From: Raillietiella orientalis
Lineage: Eukaryota
Direction of reading: 5' to 3'
Assembly: GCA_036172245.1 (NCBI GenBank)
Contig: JAYWIR010000002.1
Coordinates: forward strand, 682,001-746,000
DNA length: 64,000 nt
Positions 27,242 through 40,328 of the stretch are shown here, piece after piece; the stretch's first letter is position 1; each line of letters starts with the position of its first letter. The notes beneath the pieces were generated by a model. That model was given only the letters and a program-made list of their open reading frames with translations, did not search any database and had not been told where the DNA came from. The translations under genes and the position numbers were made by a program.

Positions 27242-29749
27242 GTTCATCTGTCAAAGAGTTCAAAAGTTATTCAGAATACTGAAAACAGCTTTAAGTTTTT
27301 TGTAGCAAAAATCACCGAATGTAATTTCGTATTCCATTGTGAAGTTTTCAATTTTTCCAAGCAAGCAGAATAAGATTGATTCTGTGGAGATTTGTTTGTG
27401 AATATTGTATGCATAATCATGTATTTATTTTCATGAAGAAGTACTATGTAGTCTATGTTGCCAAGTTATTAGGATTTACAATTGTCAATCTCTGCATTGC
27501 TTATGTTACTTACAGCATAGTTTGGGCCGAATAATTATAACCAAATGGCTAACTGAGCCATACTGTCCGAGCAACACATTAAAAAGCTCCTTTTTTTAAC
27601 CCATTATGTTACACATTTAGAGCTCAGTGATTTTGAATATGAATCAGAATGAAGAATTCATATCAGCTTTTATGCATAACATTTTCAACAATATCGAAAG
27701 TTGTTTCTGTTTTTTACGCTTGTAGTTGTGATAGGTTATTAAATTGACCAACCCGATATTCAAAATTGAATTTAAAATATGTATAAGCAAAACAGTCAGG
27801 AAAATATGTTTTTCCCAACAAGGAGGAACATTAAGAAACAGAGCAAAAAGGCAAGATATACACAAGCAAACCCTGCCTTTTCTTTCCTTTGATAGTGAGT
27901 TTTCTGTGTGCTTTATAGAATTTTCTGGTATTGGTTTCTGGTAAGTGTAAATGTTTGTTAAAAGCATTTTGTCCTGCAGTATTCACTCAGCATATCGTTG
28001 CATATATCCAAAATTTTAATATACGAGCTTTTCATGATGAAATATATTTTTGCAAGAATAGAATAAAAGTCTATGCATACTGCCATTTAGCTTAAGTTAA
28101 CAAAGGAGTAGACTTAAGCACTGAATCCTTGATAACAAAGTTTGTAAATTTTGTATGTGCAGTCCAAATTGTCTTTCATACATAATGTGAATATTTTATG
28201 TACCTTATACTTAGTTAAGCCATATATTATATGTAGCCATATAATATATTACGTGTATTTGATATGGTTGCTTTTATTATACATACTTTGACCATGGTAG
28301 ATTCTCTTATATAAGATCATCCTACAGTGATTAAATGGAAGTTCATCTCTTGTATACTTCATGCAGTGCTCAGCTAGCAGTTTAATTACGCAATACTAGA
28401 TCAAGTTAATGAATTAGTAAAAAAATTTCTTCATTTCATTAAACATGAGTCACATTGGTGAGCTAAGTTAACCAAAAATTTTTGAATTTGCTTTGTGTTA
28501 GAGTTTAATGCCAATTGTAAAAATTTTTTTAGAATATACAATACTGGACTGATAAAGCAATATAAATTACATAACTGAATTCAAGTTCACACAAATTTTG
28601 GTTTAATGATATTCAGCGAACAATTTTTTTCAATGAACAGTTTTTTTTACTGTTCTTAATTCTGATGGTATTGACATACAGTACATATGAAAAACATAAA
28701 GAACAGAAAATCCTTCATGATGAGGGGTATGAAAAAAACTGTCAGTTGACTGAAATAAACAGATGGTGCCATGTCCAATTTAACTATCTGGTGGAAGTTT
28801 GTATTATTTTCCCCAAGATCATTAAGTTTATTGCAATTAATCAAGCTTGATCAAACATGAGAATATTAAAATCAAGACTTACAAGCATTCTGGATTCTAT
28901 ATCCTTTGTTGCAATAATTGAAAGTGCATTCAGATTTTCTGTAAGGTGCTGAATATCGCAAATATGTAACCACAGAATTTTTCAAAGTCAGATTCTGCTT
29001 ATTGAGTTTAACTAGTTTCACTTTTAAACTAACAAAGCTCAAGTCTGGATGTAATGAGGGCTTTTTTTGGATTGGCCCTGTTCTTCTCTCTCCTCTTCAA
29101 ATGAGTGCTTTTATGTAACTGAGCTTCATTTGCCCCATCTTCCTCTACTCCAAATTCTCATTCTATTGCCTACTGATACTCACAACTTTTCAGTTAAATT
29201 TTGCCAAGATACTCATATATCTTAGCTGTTATTTGAATCTTTTCTTCATTCTGATCACATCAGCATGATGATTCTACTTCTGATTATATCCTTTTAGCAC
29301 ATCAAGTACATGCAACTTCCAATGGCTACGAAATAAAGATTAGTAATTCTCTGTGTAAGCAATGCACTGTGCTTTCAGGATAAAAAAATGGCACACCATT
29401 GCCTTAAGTGTATGCATATCATTGTTAATGGTACACAATCTCCTTATGATGTACTTGTACCATGAAACTCTACCAGAAGTAAAATTTGCTTGCAATGAAT
29501 ACTTTTAATTTTGTCTTCAATTGTGACCTTTAATTTGTTAACAATCATTTTCAATATATTGATTTATATCAGCTATGGAAACATACTTATTAATTGATGT
29601 TAATAATCACATTCTGATTAGTCAACTTTGAAAGACATAATCAAAGTCTTATTTTTGATTACTGGATATTCCCATTCTATGCATACTGTCATGGAAAATA
29701 AAATACACTTTTGTGACCTTTGACTTTAATTGTCTCCCTATCCCCCCCT

Positions 29750-30600
29750 TGCACAATATGGACTTCACAAGACTCGCGAAGTGTGGAAAAACCACAACTA
29801 CGTGTGGTCCAGGGTAACCAAGAAAAATCTATGCCGCATCATAAGAGAAGACAATAAGGACACCAGTGCCCTCCAGGAGGCTGCCCATCGCCACGGAGCT
29901 GACATTGTCGACCCATTGGCGGTTGGACCCACGATCCGGAGCGACTTACCTCCGGACTTCCAGGATAACCTCCTGATGTTTTATCACGGAGGAATCCTGA
30001 GCGGGTCTAGGATGAAGCACTTCACGGGAAGAAAAGACGACGAGGACTGCAAGGCATGTGGAGACATCGACACGACACTTCACGTCTTGACGTGTCCCAC
30101 ATTGTATCACGACTGGCAAGCCCTGAAAAAGGTAATAGGACTGCCTAACACGTCAACCACGGGAATTTTAGCAGGGAAGTTCCAGGGAAATGGAAACGTT
30201 CCCTGTTATAATCCCATGAAAAGGATGACCGTCGCCCTCTTCATCACTGCCATACTTGTGCGGTGGTGGAAGATGAAGACTGCCAGAACAGCCGTATCTC
30301 CGATGGAAATCCTGAAAGGGCTTATCCAGAAGGAGATCGGCATAATAAACTGCGGGAGAGTGCCGGCCTGGCCGACATGTTCTGAAGAGGATTGAGGACA
30401 ATGCCCAGGCACAAACGACGACCAGTTCCCCCTAAGTGCAGAACCTTCGTCAAACCCCAAGAAACTGACTTCCAGTGACTTTAGTGGTGTGTGGGAAATA
30501 TAGAGGGAATGAAAATGTAGCGTGAATGCTACGAAAATAAATTTACCCGACACCTTGTGGGACTAATCGAAGGGAAAATCGAAGTACTCAATAAATCCTA
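29750..30600 (+). mobile_element. 5'-truncated L1/Tx1 LINE copy (ORF2 C-terminal zinc-finger region and 3' UTR)
   Basis: The uninterrupted ORF 29730-30395 contains CKACGDIDTTLHVLTCP (LINE C-terminal CCHC) and GILAGKFQGNGN...RMTVALFITAI, shared with the copies at 10.1 and 31.4 kb. GC content rises abruptly against the flanks. AATAAA near 30590. Confidence 0.85.
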
Positions 30601-31139
30601 GGAATATCTAACATAGACGCATGCAGCAAAGGCAAAACTGAAGAAATGCTGCTGTAATCCCTCATAATTAAGCACTAAATGGCAACTGTCTCAGTTATCT
30701 TCAACATGTAATCCTAACATACCATATACCAATATCCATAAACACTCATAATCAATGACCCTATCCCTTCTCTCCATCTGTAAAATGCAAGCTCCAATTC
30801 AGAGTGCGAGTCAAAATTATGTTTTGGGTAAAAAATAACTAAACAATAAAAAATCATTTCCTATTCACTTCACCCCAAAATAATGTTTGCCACCCACTCT
30901 CAATCAAAACATCATTATTCCAATTACAGACTGAGTCAACAAACATTTAAAAAATCGTCTCATCCACCTGATATACTGCCACATATAAATTCCACGATCT
31001 ATGCTCCCAACCAAAAAATATAACCATAAAAATATAACAACAACTAAAAGTCTGTTCAGTTCTTTCACTAAAACTGCATCGTTTGTACACATTATTCATT
31101 CCATTCCAGTTTCACTCTTTCGCATCTTTTTCAAGTTTG

Positions 31140-33400
31140 GGTTAATGGTGGGTGGGGGATTGTTTGTTTTCCTGGACGTAATCGTCAATTTTCTTCAGGA
31201 TGCAAGGATAAGTCCAGGCGGGGACCCTTCCGCAGTTCCTGATCTCCATCTCCTTTAGCGTGAGTCCTTCCACAACTTCCACAGTCGGAATTCCTCGGCG
31301 CAGTTTTTGCATCTCTGCCCTTCTTATCACGATTGCTATGATGAAGAGGGCAAGAGTGGTTCGTACCATCGAGTTGTATTGGAGTACGTTTCCATTTCCC
31401 TGAAAAAAAACCACCAGGATTTCCATCTTCGTTCTGCTCTGCAGGCCGGTCACCGCCTTCACCGCTTGCCAATCGGGTGGAATTCTGGCACAGGTGAACA
31501 TGTGGGGAGCTGCGTTTCTTCGGCTCCACTTGCTTTGCAGAGTCCTGAATGTTTCCCATCCAGTGTTGAAGTCTGTAACCACTAAGGACACCTCCGTAGT
31601 AGAACAACAGGAGGTCATTCTGGGTATGCAGGGGAAGGTCACTCCTTTAGAGTGCTGCTCCGACCGCCTGCACATTTGCGTGTGCAAGTCCGCAGCGGTT
31701 CGAAGCAGCATAGAGAGCGTCGTCGTCTAGATGTCTCTTGATGGTTTCTTCTCTTATGCTAGCTTTGGTCATCAGCGTCCACGCTCGATGTGGCAGATGT
31801 TTCCAAAGCTCCCGTGTTCTGTAACTGAACTTCCCTTTCAATTCCGTACTGAAGAGAAACAGTCGCGCTTGATGACGATTGTCAATGGTAGCGAACTGTT
31901 CTCAGTGTTCGATTCTCAACCTTGGCCTCTGGTGTACCCAGATAGACGTCTCCTTTTGGAACGGGAACAAAGTGGGACATCACCAGGGCCATCTTTATTC
32001 CAAATTTCTTTCTTCTAGGCACGATCTTGAATTGGCGAAGCCTCACCAGTGCCTGTTTCCTTCTCCACGTGGGATCAATGTTTACCCACTCTCCTGCTGC
32101 GCCTATCAAGGCAGACATCAGACCTCTCGAGCTATTCAGCAACTTCGAGTAGACTCTGTGCTCCGCAAAAGGCCACTCGTCCCATTTTGCAATGAATTGC
32201 AGTTATCGCGTGTCCATGGTCTCCACGGAGTGTTCTAGCGGCTGCATTCCGGTCCCACCTTCCTCTCGAGGGCGGCACAAAAGTTTGAGCCTGATCTTCG
32301 GCTTTACACAGGATTTTCCTCTGTAGTTTTTCGATTTTCACCAGGGTCTTGTTGATTCTGCAGAAGGTGGCTCCGTAGAGAGCCTTGGGAAGGAGAACGC
32401 CATTCCATAAGGTGGCCATCCGCTTCATGCTAAAGTCGACCCGGGTGTACTTGACGGCTACTTCGTGAATCTTCCCAAGGATTTACTTCCAGAACTTTGG
32501 CGATGCGGAGGCGTCGCTAAGGCGGATACCCAGGTACCTCACTTCCGCCATTCGGAATCCCCTCTCCGTTAGCGTGGAGAGGTCCAGGATTCCGATGGGC
32601 AACAGGTGGCTTTCCTGGACATTGATTTTCAGACCTAATCCTCTCTTCATGAACTCAACTACACCGAGGGACGCGCTCTGATCCCTCCCGTCCTTCAGGA
32701 AAAAGAGATCATTTGCATATGCCGGGTGAGTGAGTCTCATCGTCGATGGTGATTCCTTGAAGGAGGATGCCTCTATCGATTAGGAACGACACAGCCTCCA
32801 TGTACAACACGAACAGCATCGGGATGAGGGCATTGCCTTGAGGGACTCCTCTCTCCATCCGAATTGCTGCCGTCTCTATTCCATTGATTGAGATCTTGAC
32901 CTTCTGCTTCTCGAGTATCGTCTCTACGTACTGGCTGAAGTAGCTTAGTAAACCCAGTTTCCGCAAGATATTCAGAAGCATCGCGTGGTCCACGGTGCCG
33001 AATACTTTCTCCATATCGGTGAAACTCAGCAGCAGGTTTTCGCCGAGGTATCAGCAGTACCAGTTCGCGGACATGCAGCGTCCAGGCACCGCGCACATCT
33101 GTGTCGGAGAAACGACCTAAGGCATCGTCATGCTTAAGCGATTGGCCCAGATCTTTGTCAACCATTTGGCATCCATGTTTAGGGTGGAGATGAGCCGCCA
33201 CTGGATGACTGGCATCCGCCAGGTTTCCTCTCTTCGGCGGTAGCCTCATCCTACCTTCGTGGGATGATGGAAATCCTTTTGGGTTCTTCTGTCTGCGCTT
33301 TTTTTTCCCTTACAGCTTTTTTATTTTTATTTTTTTTGGCTTTTTGTTTTTTTTTGGTTCTCTAAGTACCTCAAGAGCCGGTCGCGTGCCTCGCTGCGCA
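31140..33400 (-). mobile_element. Degraded L1/Tx1 LINE ORF2, from the RT domain to the 3' end
   Basis: In order: RMRLPPKRG...WRLISTLNMDAKWLTKIWANRL, DMEKVFGTVDH, RGVPQGNALIPMLF, AYANDL (mutated YADD), RYLGIRL, then C-terminal HMFTC...FQGNGN. Frameshifted. Confidence 0.9.
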
Positions 33401-34100
33401 CGTGGCTCTTTAACACTGTTCCACGCCACCCGCGGAGGGTGCGTGTAATTCTTCAAGATAGGGAGCACCCTGGAAGGATGGGGATCCGCCCTATGAATCC
33501 AGGAAGGGCTTGGAGTCCGTTCCTCTCACGCTTAAGGAGGGATCCTCCCGGGAGGGGGTCCTCTCCATTTCATCTTCTCTGAAGAGAACCAGGAAAGGAT
33601 CCGCTAGTAGGAATTTGTTCTCCGGAGGGAACCCGCAAGGGAACTATCTTGAAACCGGAGGGGTCCCCCGGTGTGGGGGGTCTGCTCTCCGTTACACGAT
33701 CGGAGGGGAACTACCCACTCCTTGATTGCTGGAAGGACCCCTAGGTCAACTCCCTTTCGAAGGATCCCTCCGGAAAAGAATTTCCAGGATCAGATCCTTT
33801 CCGTGTTCCCTTCAGAGAAGAAAGAATGGAGAGGACCCCCCCGAGAGTCATCCGGAGAGAATAAGGAAAGAGGATTCCCTTCTGGATTCCCCTTCGAAGA
33901 CAACCAGGGTGGAGGTGATCTCTATTTCCGGGGATCCCTCCCCAGGCGTGAGAGGAACGAACTCCGAGTACTTCCTGGATTCATAGGGCGGTCCCCTCCC
34001 GGGGTATGCCCTATCTTGAAGAAATCACCCACCTTCAAGTGGCGTGGAACCGTGTCGAAGAACTGCAAAGGCAGAAAAGAAGGATTTCCGTCAACCAGGC
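33400..34100. repeat. Fold-back pair of head-less copies of the tRNA-headed composite repeat
   Basis: Left GTTCCACGCCAC...TTCTTCAAGATAGGG...CCGCCCTATGAATCCAGGAAG (~33418-33506) is mirrored by CTTCCTGGATTCATAGGGCGG...CCCTATCTTGAAGAA...GTGGCGTGGAAC (~33971-34050). Confidence 0.85.
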
Positions 34101-34164
34101 AGAGCCAGCGGAAATGATCCTGAAGTTGTAACCAAAATTAATTTAATAAAAAAAGGTGGGCCAC

Positions 34165-34530
34165 CACTGGGTGACCTCCGCCAGGTCTCCTCTCCTCGGC
34201 AGTAGCCTCATCCTACTCTCGTGGAACGATGGCGGGAACCTTCCTTATTCCTTGATGGCGAGCATCAGCTAATAGAGCAGACGCAGGTAGGCGTGCAGGT
34301 AGCCCTGATAGTATCGGGCCCTGCCACCGCATCCTTTAGTAATCCCGCGTACGCGCTCCGCGTACGCGGAGATTTCCTCTTGAAGTCTCTCCTGTTGTTC
34401 CGTGCTCAGTCTTACATGCACGTAACGCAGAATGTTCTGGACACAGACCTTGACGTCGGAAGTGCAAGTTCTCTGCATGCCATGTTCAAAATTATGATCA
34501 AGACTGATACAGAAGAAATGCCAAGGATTC
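34165..34530 (-). mobile_element. L1/Tx1 ORF2 fragment (linker just N-terminal of RT)
   Basis: Translation ...GRFPPSFHESRMRLLPRRGDLAE. Nucleotides 34165-34240 are a diverged homolog of 33198-33276. Confidence 0.75.
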
Positions 34531-37500
34531 ATATCGTATACTTAGTTTATGAGAATATTAATTAAAGGGTATTAAAGGATTATTTCTTGATGGTGTGGCG
34601 TGAGGTCTGAATTTTGCCTTTAATTTATTTTCGATTTAAAAAATCGATGTTTTAAGCCTTCATTACTACATAAAAATGACTAATTAATCCAAACACTTTA
34701 AAGATAAAACTTAAAATCTCTATCTCATTCTAATTATTACTACTACTACTTCACATAAACCATTACTATACTTCGCTCATAAACTTTAGAAAACAAACAT
34801 TAACTTAAAATTAAAATCTTGCAAATCACTATTCTCCTCAATCTATCTTAAGGCACTGAAATAATTGTTATACTCATCACTCTGGCAACCATATGAGAAA
34901 GAATACCAAACAAATCTTCAATAAGCCCCTAGATCCATACTGAATAAATAAGAATCTTTTTTTTTTTACGAGACTATGGAAATGGTTGTTCATTCTATTT
35001 TAGAATTAGAAACACCGCTCAGTTATAATGTTACCTTGCTGCATTACTTTTATCAGTTATAATTGGATTGCATATAGAAGAGAATGCACTACTTTCCTTG
35101 ATTATTTGCTGGATTTTCAGTTTTCATGAATCATTCATATATTTTTATTTTATACCTTCAGAGAAAGTTTTAATTGAAATATTTCAAGTAGCGGCATTTG
35201 ATCAAGCAGAACAGTCTGCCGTGATTTTCTGACAATCACCCTATTCCTGCCTTCCTTTACTATAAAAGTTTTGTATGCCTTTTTTGTATGTTTCTATTAG
35301 TTTTGTTGCGCTCATCCATTATAGCTGCAAGCAGTATTCATGGCATAGTTAACGATGTCCTGTCATTGCTCAGGTTTTTATTGGACATTTCTTTAAGAAG
35401 TAATTAGAACTTGTTTATTGAAACTCCATTGGAAATTATTTTTCTTTCCATTTACACTTATTCTATTTTCTAGGTATTCCTTAGAAATGTTCCTTCTTTA
35501 TTTGCTACTTTCGTTCATAGTCGTCTAGGTTCGGTTTCCTTCTGCATTTCCTTATTCTCCTAGTTCTCAGTTTTGACGCTGAATTCATTCCTTAAGGAAC
35601 TTAACTTCTTTGAGAGAGATTTATGCACCTGAAAGGAACAACACAAAGGCCGAGAAAGCTTGCAGATGTCAAGAAAAAAAAAAACAAAAGAAAGGTTTAT
35701 CCATATTTGAATTTAAAAAATCTGGACTTTTTCCCGAAGCTCTTAATTCATCGTATTGCGACCTTTTGAGAGGCTGCTTGCCCAATTGCAAGATATTACG
35801 GAAACTAACTACATGCTTCCATCTGACTTAATATATTAGGTATCATATAATAGTGAATTCAATAAAAGTGCTTGTATTATTTACAATCCTCTACTTGGCT
35901 AGACTCTATCCGATTTCTCAAGTTTTTTTTCTTCTAAGTAAACGCTAGTCTGCTTTTATTCACTCAATTTCATTTTTTTTTCCGTATCTACTTTCCACTT
36001 ATAAAATGCTTTTCCTCAAAAGGTTTCCATGACTCACACTAGTACACTTGTTATTCACATGACATGTAATTCCTATGAAAATCGATAATGATTATCATAA
36101 AACACAACCTGTAGAGTTGCAACACAAAAGTGTTACAATGTGCGTGACAGATATTTCGCTCTCCTATGAGGCTTAATGAACGCTACGACGCATCTGATCG
36201 TTAATTAGGTGCTGCGGATGTTCTGATCTCCATATGAATCGAATTGAATTTGACCAGTAAACTGGAAGGTTCCAAAAGTAATGTAAGTTTCCGAGTCATG
36301 GAAAAGTCTTTGAAATTTTATATTTTAGAAAAATTAATACATGAAGCAGATTTTAAGGAAATGCGAACTATTCAGTTGTAGATACGAAAATCGTCTTGTA
36401 CTTTTTGGATGTTTTTCTGAAAGAGACGTATCTAGCGCTGGTAGCATTGCCAACCGTTATAGAGATATCTCGTATATAATTTTTTTAGTAAGCAATCTAA
36501 CGTGTTGGAGTGAACAAGTTTTCTTACAGGAAATCAGCGAACTCGAGAAAGCATCCAGTTTTCTCACTGTTGGTGAATCTGCCAAGTTTGTTAGTTATAC
36601 TAGTAATGGTAATTCTCCTATTTATGTGATGAAGCATCGATGTGCCCCCAGATCTAAACCCCGTTGTACACTTCTGTAGTCATTTGACAGTGTTCCGAGT
36701 GCAGTGTTTACATGCTCACATTTTTATCTATACACGTGTGGTTGTGCACAAATCTCCAAAGTAATATACTATACTGAACAGAAACAACGCAGAACTTTTG
36801 TTCTTGTGTATTATTCCTTTAGTCATGATGAAATTTTAATCAGTAATTTCTGTTAGCATAAATAGTCATCTCTAAAGTTAATACATTTCGAGAACATAAC
36901 CAGTACGCAGTCTAATGTGAACAATGTCTTTTATGTGTAAGTGCACGAACATTACATGTTCTCATGAATCCATGCGGGCATAGCTGTTATGCCCAAAATA
37001 CATGTACATTCATTTACAATGCATTTCTTTTTTTTTTGATAATTGTTGAGTTTCAGAACACTTACGTTGCTTACAACAGCTGGTTATGAAGTGCATGCAT
37101 CCATACTTGCTAGCCGTTATCATCTACAATTTGAAACATGACTTGAGCATTTAATAATTCCTGTTTGCCATGAGAGATTGGGAACATTCATTTTCCTATG
37201 CGCTCTTTCAAATGCTTTTAATGATGTTTAATGATACATTTAGTTGTCACTTTTAATTTGTTTAAAGCAATTCTTTCCCAACTTGTTATGCTGCTATTTC
37301 TTCCCCACCTTCCAGTGCATGTACAGTCTGGCATAAATTATTTTATTGCAATTTTGTTTGCAACTAGGTTTTCATGAGATCTGATAGTGAGTTCAGAGCT
37401 GATCTTTTGAAGTCTGTGTTATACATTCAGAGAGTCCATCATGGTTGATAAGTGCTGGTGTTTATTCATGTGAAGTTCATTTACAGTTTTATTTATTACA

Positions 37501-38049
37501 GAAAATTGATTAGTACAATCCTTTCAGTCTATTCTATTATGATTTTGTTATTGAAAATCGTATATCATCAATGACCATTGACATGTTGGTGCACAAAATG
37601 AAACCTTACTTGCAAAAACAGTTAATTCATATTTTTTTTTGAATTACATAGATTTTGTGATGAAGACAAAATTTTTCACAATTGTAAACTAAAGGAAAAC
37701 GCATGCGTTTTCTTCAGAAATGGTTCACAACCCACTCAGAAACTCACATACGAATCACATTCAGTTACAACAGAATAGATCAAATTGTCATTGAAGTGAT
37801 TATTATGTATGAGAAATTGGTTAAGGGATGTGTTCATTTTTGAAAGTGCCTCAAGTTATCCATTGAATACAATGGTGTGTCAAGAAATAGAACGTTTTGT
37901 TTTTTTCCTCTAATGCAGATGTTTGCTTCAGTCCATTTATGTGTTGATGACCGAATTTTTTATTATGTCGTTTATCCAAATTCATCTTTTACTGCTGATG
38001 TAACGCATTCAATCTTCACGTAAATGGGAAGCTCCTATTGTAAGAAAAC

Positions 38050-39450
38050 ATGTAAGAACACAACATTGAAAAGCACCGGTTTGTTTCTTTTAATGGTACA
38101 GGATAGCGAAGTAACTCCTAACCAATAGGAGGAGGCATTTTTTGGAATTCCTTTAATTATAAGCAGTTTTGATCAAATCTCCGGGTCATGTTCCTTCCTT
38201 ATGTTACACCCCATGTTCTTCCAACTGCCGTTTTGCAAGGCTCTGACAACAACTTAAGCATTTGCTGAGTGCAGTTATTGTGGTGCAAAATTTCGATTTC
38301 CATTGCACAATTCTTGATGTTTCCAAATGCATTCGAATAAGAAAGCACTGTGGGTGTGGGAAGGACACCTGAAAAAAGCTGTTCTTGTCGGAAAAACTCT
38401 CGATACTTATTTCGAGAACCTGTGAAAAGAAGTCAACTGGCTTTGGATTTTTTTCTTCAAGTCCACTGGTTGTTCTGTTAGGAGGCAGAGCTTTGGTAAA
38501 ACTCGCAGGAGAGAAAATGGACAAACGTGGAAAGTCCACGGTGTGAATATAAGTGACTTTGTTAATGTGATGCAAAAAGCAATGCAGCTTTGATAAGCCG
38601 ACAATAATCGAAATGATAACACTACATTCTAAATTAATCTAGAATTAATACTTGCGCTTTCAGAGGAACGCAGGCTCATGAAGATCGTATTCTGGAAAAA
38701 ATGCCGTTCGGTGGTGGGGAAGAAAACAATACGTTCGCAATCAGTTGCCGGGGAGCCCGAGACTGATACTGACAAAAGGTATTGCAAATCTGCATGAAGA
38801 ATGGAGCATTTCGTCCACTTTACTTGTTTGCGTACAAAATGGACTGTACTTTCCAAGATTTATGAACCTAGAAACAGTCGAGTCATCGAGCTTTACTTTG
38901 GCACAGTTCCCTCTATAGTCGAGGTGGTTTCCTATCCTTGTAGGAAGGAAATTTGCGAATATGGGGATTTCGGAGACGTGTAGTGCAGAGACATATGCAG
39001 GTGCAAGACGAACGCGAAGCAAATCTAGGGTCCACTGAGTTAGCAAATTTCTGTTTCAAGATTGTTAAACTCCATTTATGGCACACGCTGCCAAAGAGTT
39101 TTCTGTGATGCTGCCATGGTCGCATCGAGACCCGACATGTGGAGATAGGCGAGCTATGAGAAGCCTGCAGGTTGGTTTTGTCGGCCAGCACATCATCATC
39201 ATCCCCAGCGAAGAAAGCATCTGTTTCGAGGTAGCTGCGAGATCGGTAGATTTTTCGCAAAGCAATCCTTGCAAGACGGAAGAAAAGTCTCTTGGTGCGA
39301 CGTTGATGGTTCGCGAAGTTTACGGGTACCTTGGCTCCTGCGTTTCGGTGTCGCCCGTTTCTACCGCTTTCTTCCCAGCATCCTGCACAGGCGGAGCAGA
39401 AGAAGAATAAGAGGTTCTCCGGATTATTCCTGGTCGGCACATGAATTCCG
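38050..39450 (-). mobile_element. Highly degraded non-LTR RT relic (R4/Dong- or RTE-like)
   Basis: Ordered remnants: KVPVNF, RKLFGSVCHKWSLTIL (cf. KKAFDSVPHxWI), FLQG* (cf. IFQGD), SILHADLQYL (cf. HLLYADDLKL), and VSRVFPTR (cf. ERLYLPR). Confidence 0.5.
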
Positions 39451-40328
39451 GTTTCGATCTCCGCTCCAGGTGGTCAGATCAACTCCGCTGGTGTTACTGC
39501 GTACGTAGCAAGAGCTTCGTGCACTTGGAGATGTTTGCTGCTCTTTGAGTCTTTTTGCTCATCATTCAACACAGTTTCCGTTTTCTTCCTGGAGAAGGTG
39601 TTTTTGCTTTACTGCAGAATGCTGCTGTCGGGTCCACGCAAATGTGTAGTCTGAGGGAAGGTTAGGTCCATTTTACCGGGAGGTTTTTATTTTGCAAAGG
39701 AATGGAAGCTGCTGTTTTGCAATCACGGGAGAGCGTACTTTCCGCGTGCACAGGGAAGCGTACGTAGAGTTCCATGTGCAACTGCTTTTTTCCTTCAAGC
39801 GAGCTCAAACTTTTGTCTATCACTGCCGCATGTCTTCCCCCCTTTTAAGGAACATCCCTATGGTCATCGAGAAAGGGCTAAGGTTTTTTTTTCCTTCAAA
39901 AAGGTAGATCGAGCTTTGCCTTTGGTGGATGAAAACTGTGGCATCAACGCACCGTCCTCAAGCACAGGTGCCTCGTTTATCACCGCGGATCGTCCAACTC
40001 GACCTTCTCGTTTCTTCCGTCCTGTTGAGCAGACTGCAATAGACCAGAAGTATCCAGAGTGAGGGACCCTTTGCAGAGCCGCTTGCTTGTTACGTCGTAG
40101 TTTGGTCTGCGCCACGCGTGGCAGTCATATAGGGTGGAAGAGAGAGGGAGAGAGAGAGAGAAAAAAAAAAACACGCAAACACACGGGACATCTGTTTTAT
40201 CTGCCAGCATTGGATGGCAGCGCTCGCATCCTCTTGCTTTCTGTTTCTTGGCCTCGTTCCCCTCCAGGGAAGACTCAGGTTTTCCGGAATCGTTCTTTGG
40301 CTTTTCCACTGCCTCATAGCCCCTCCGT

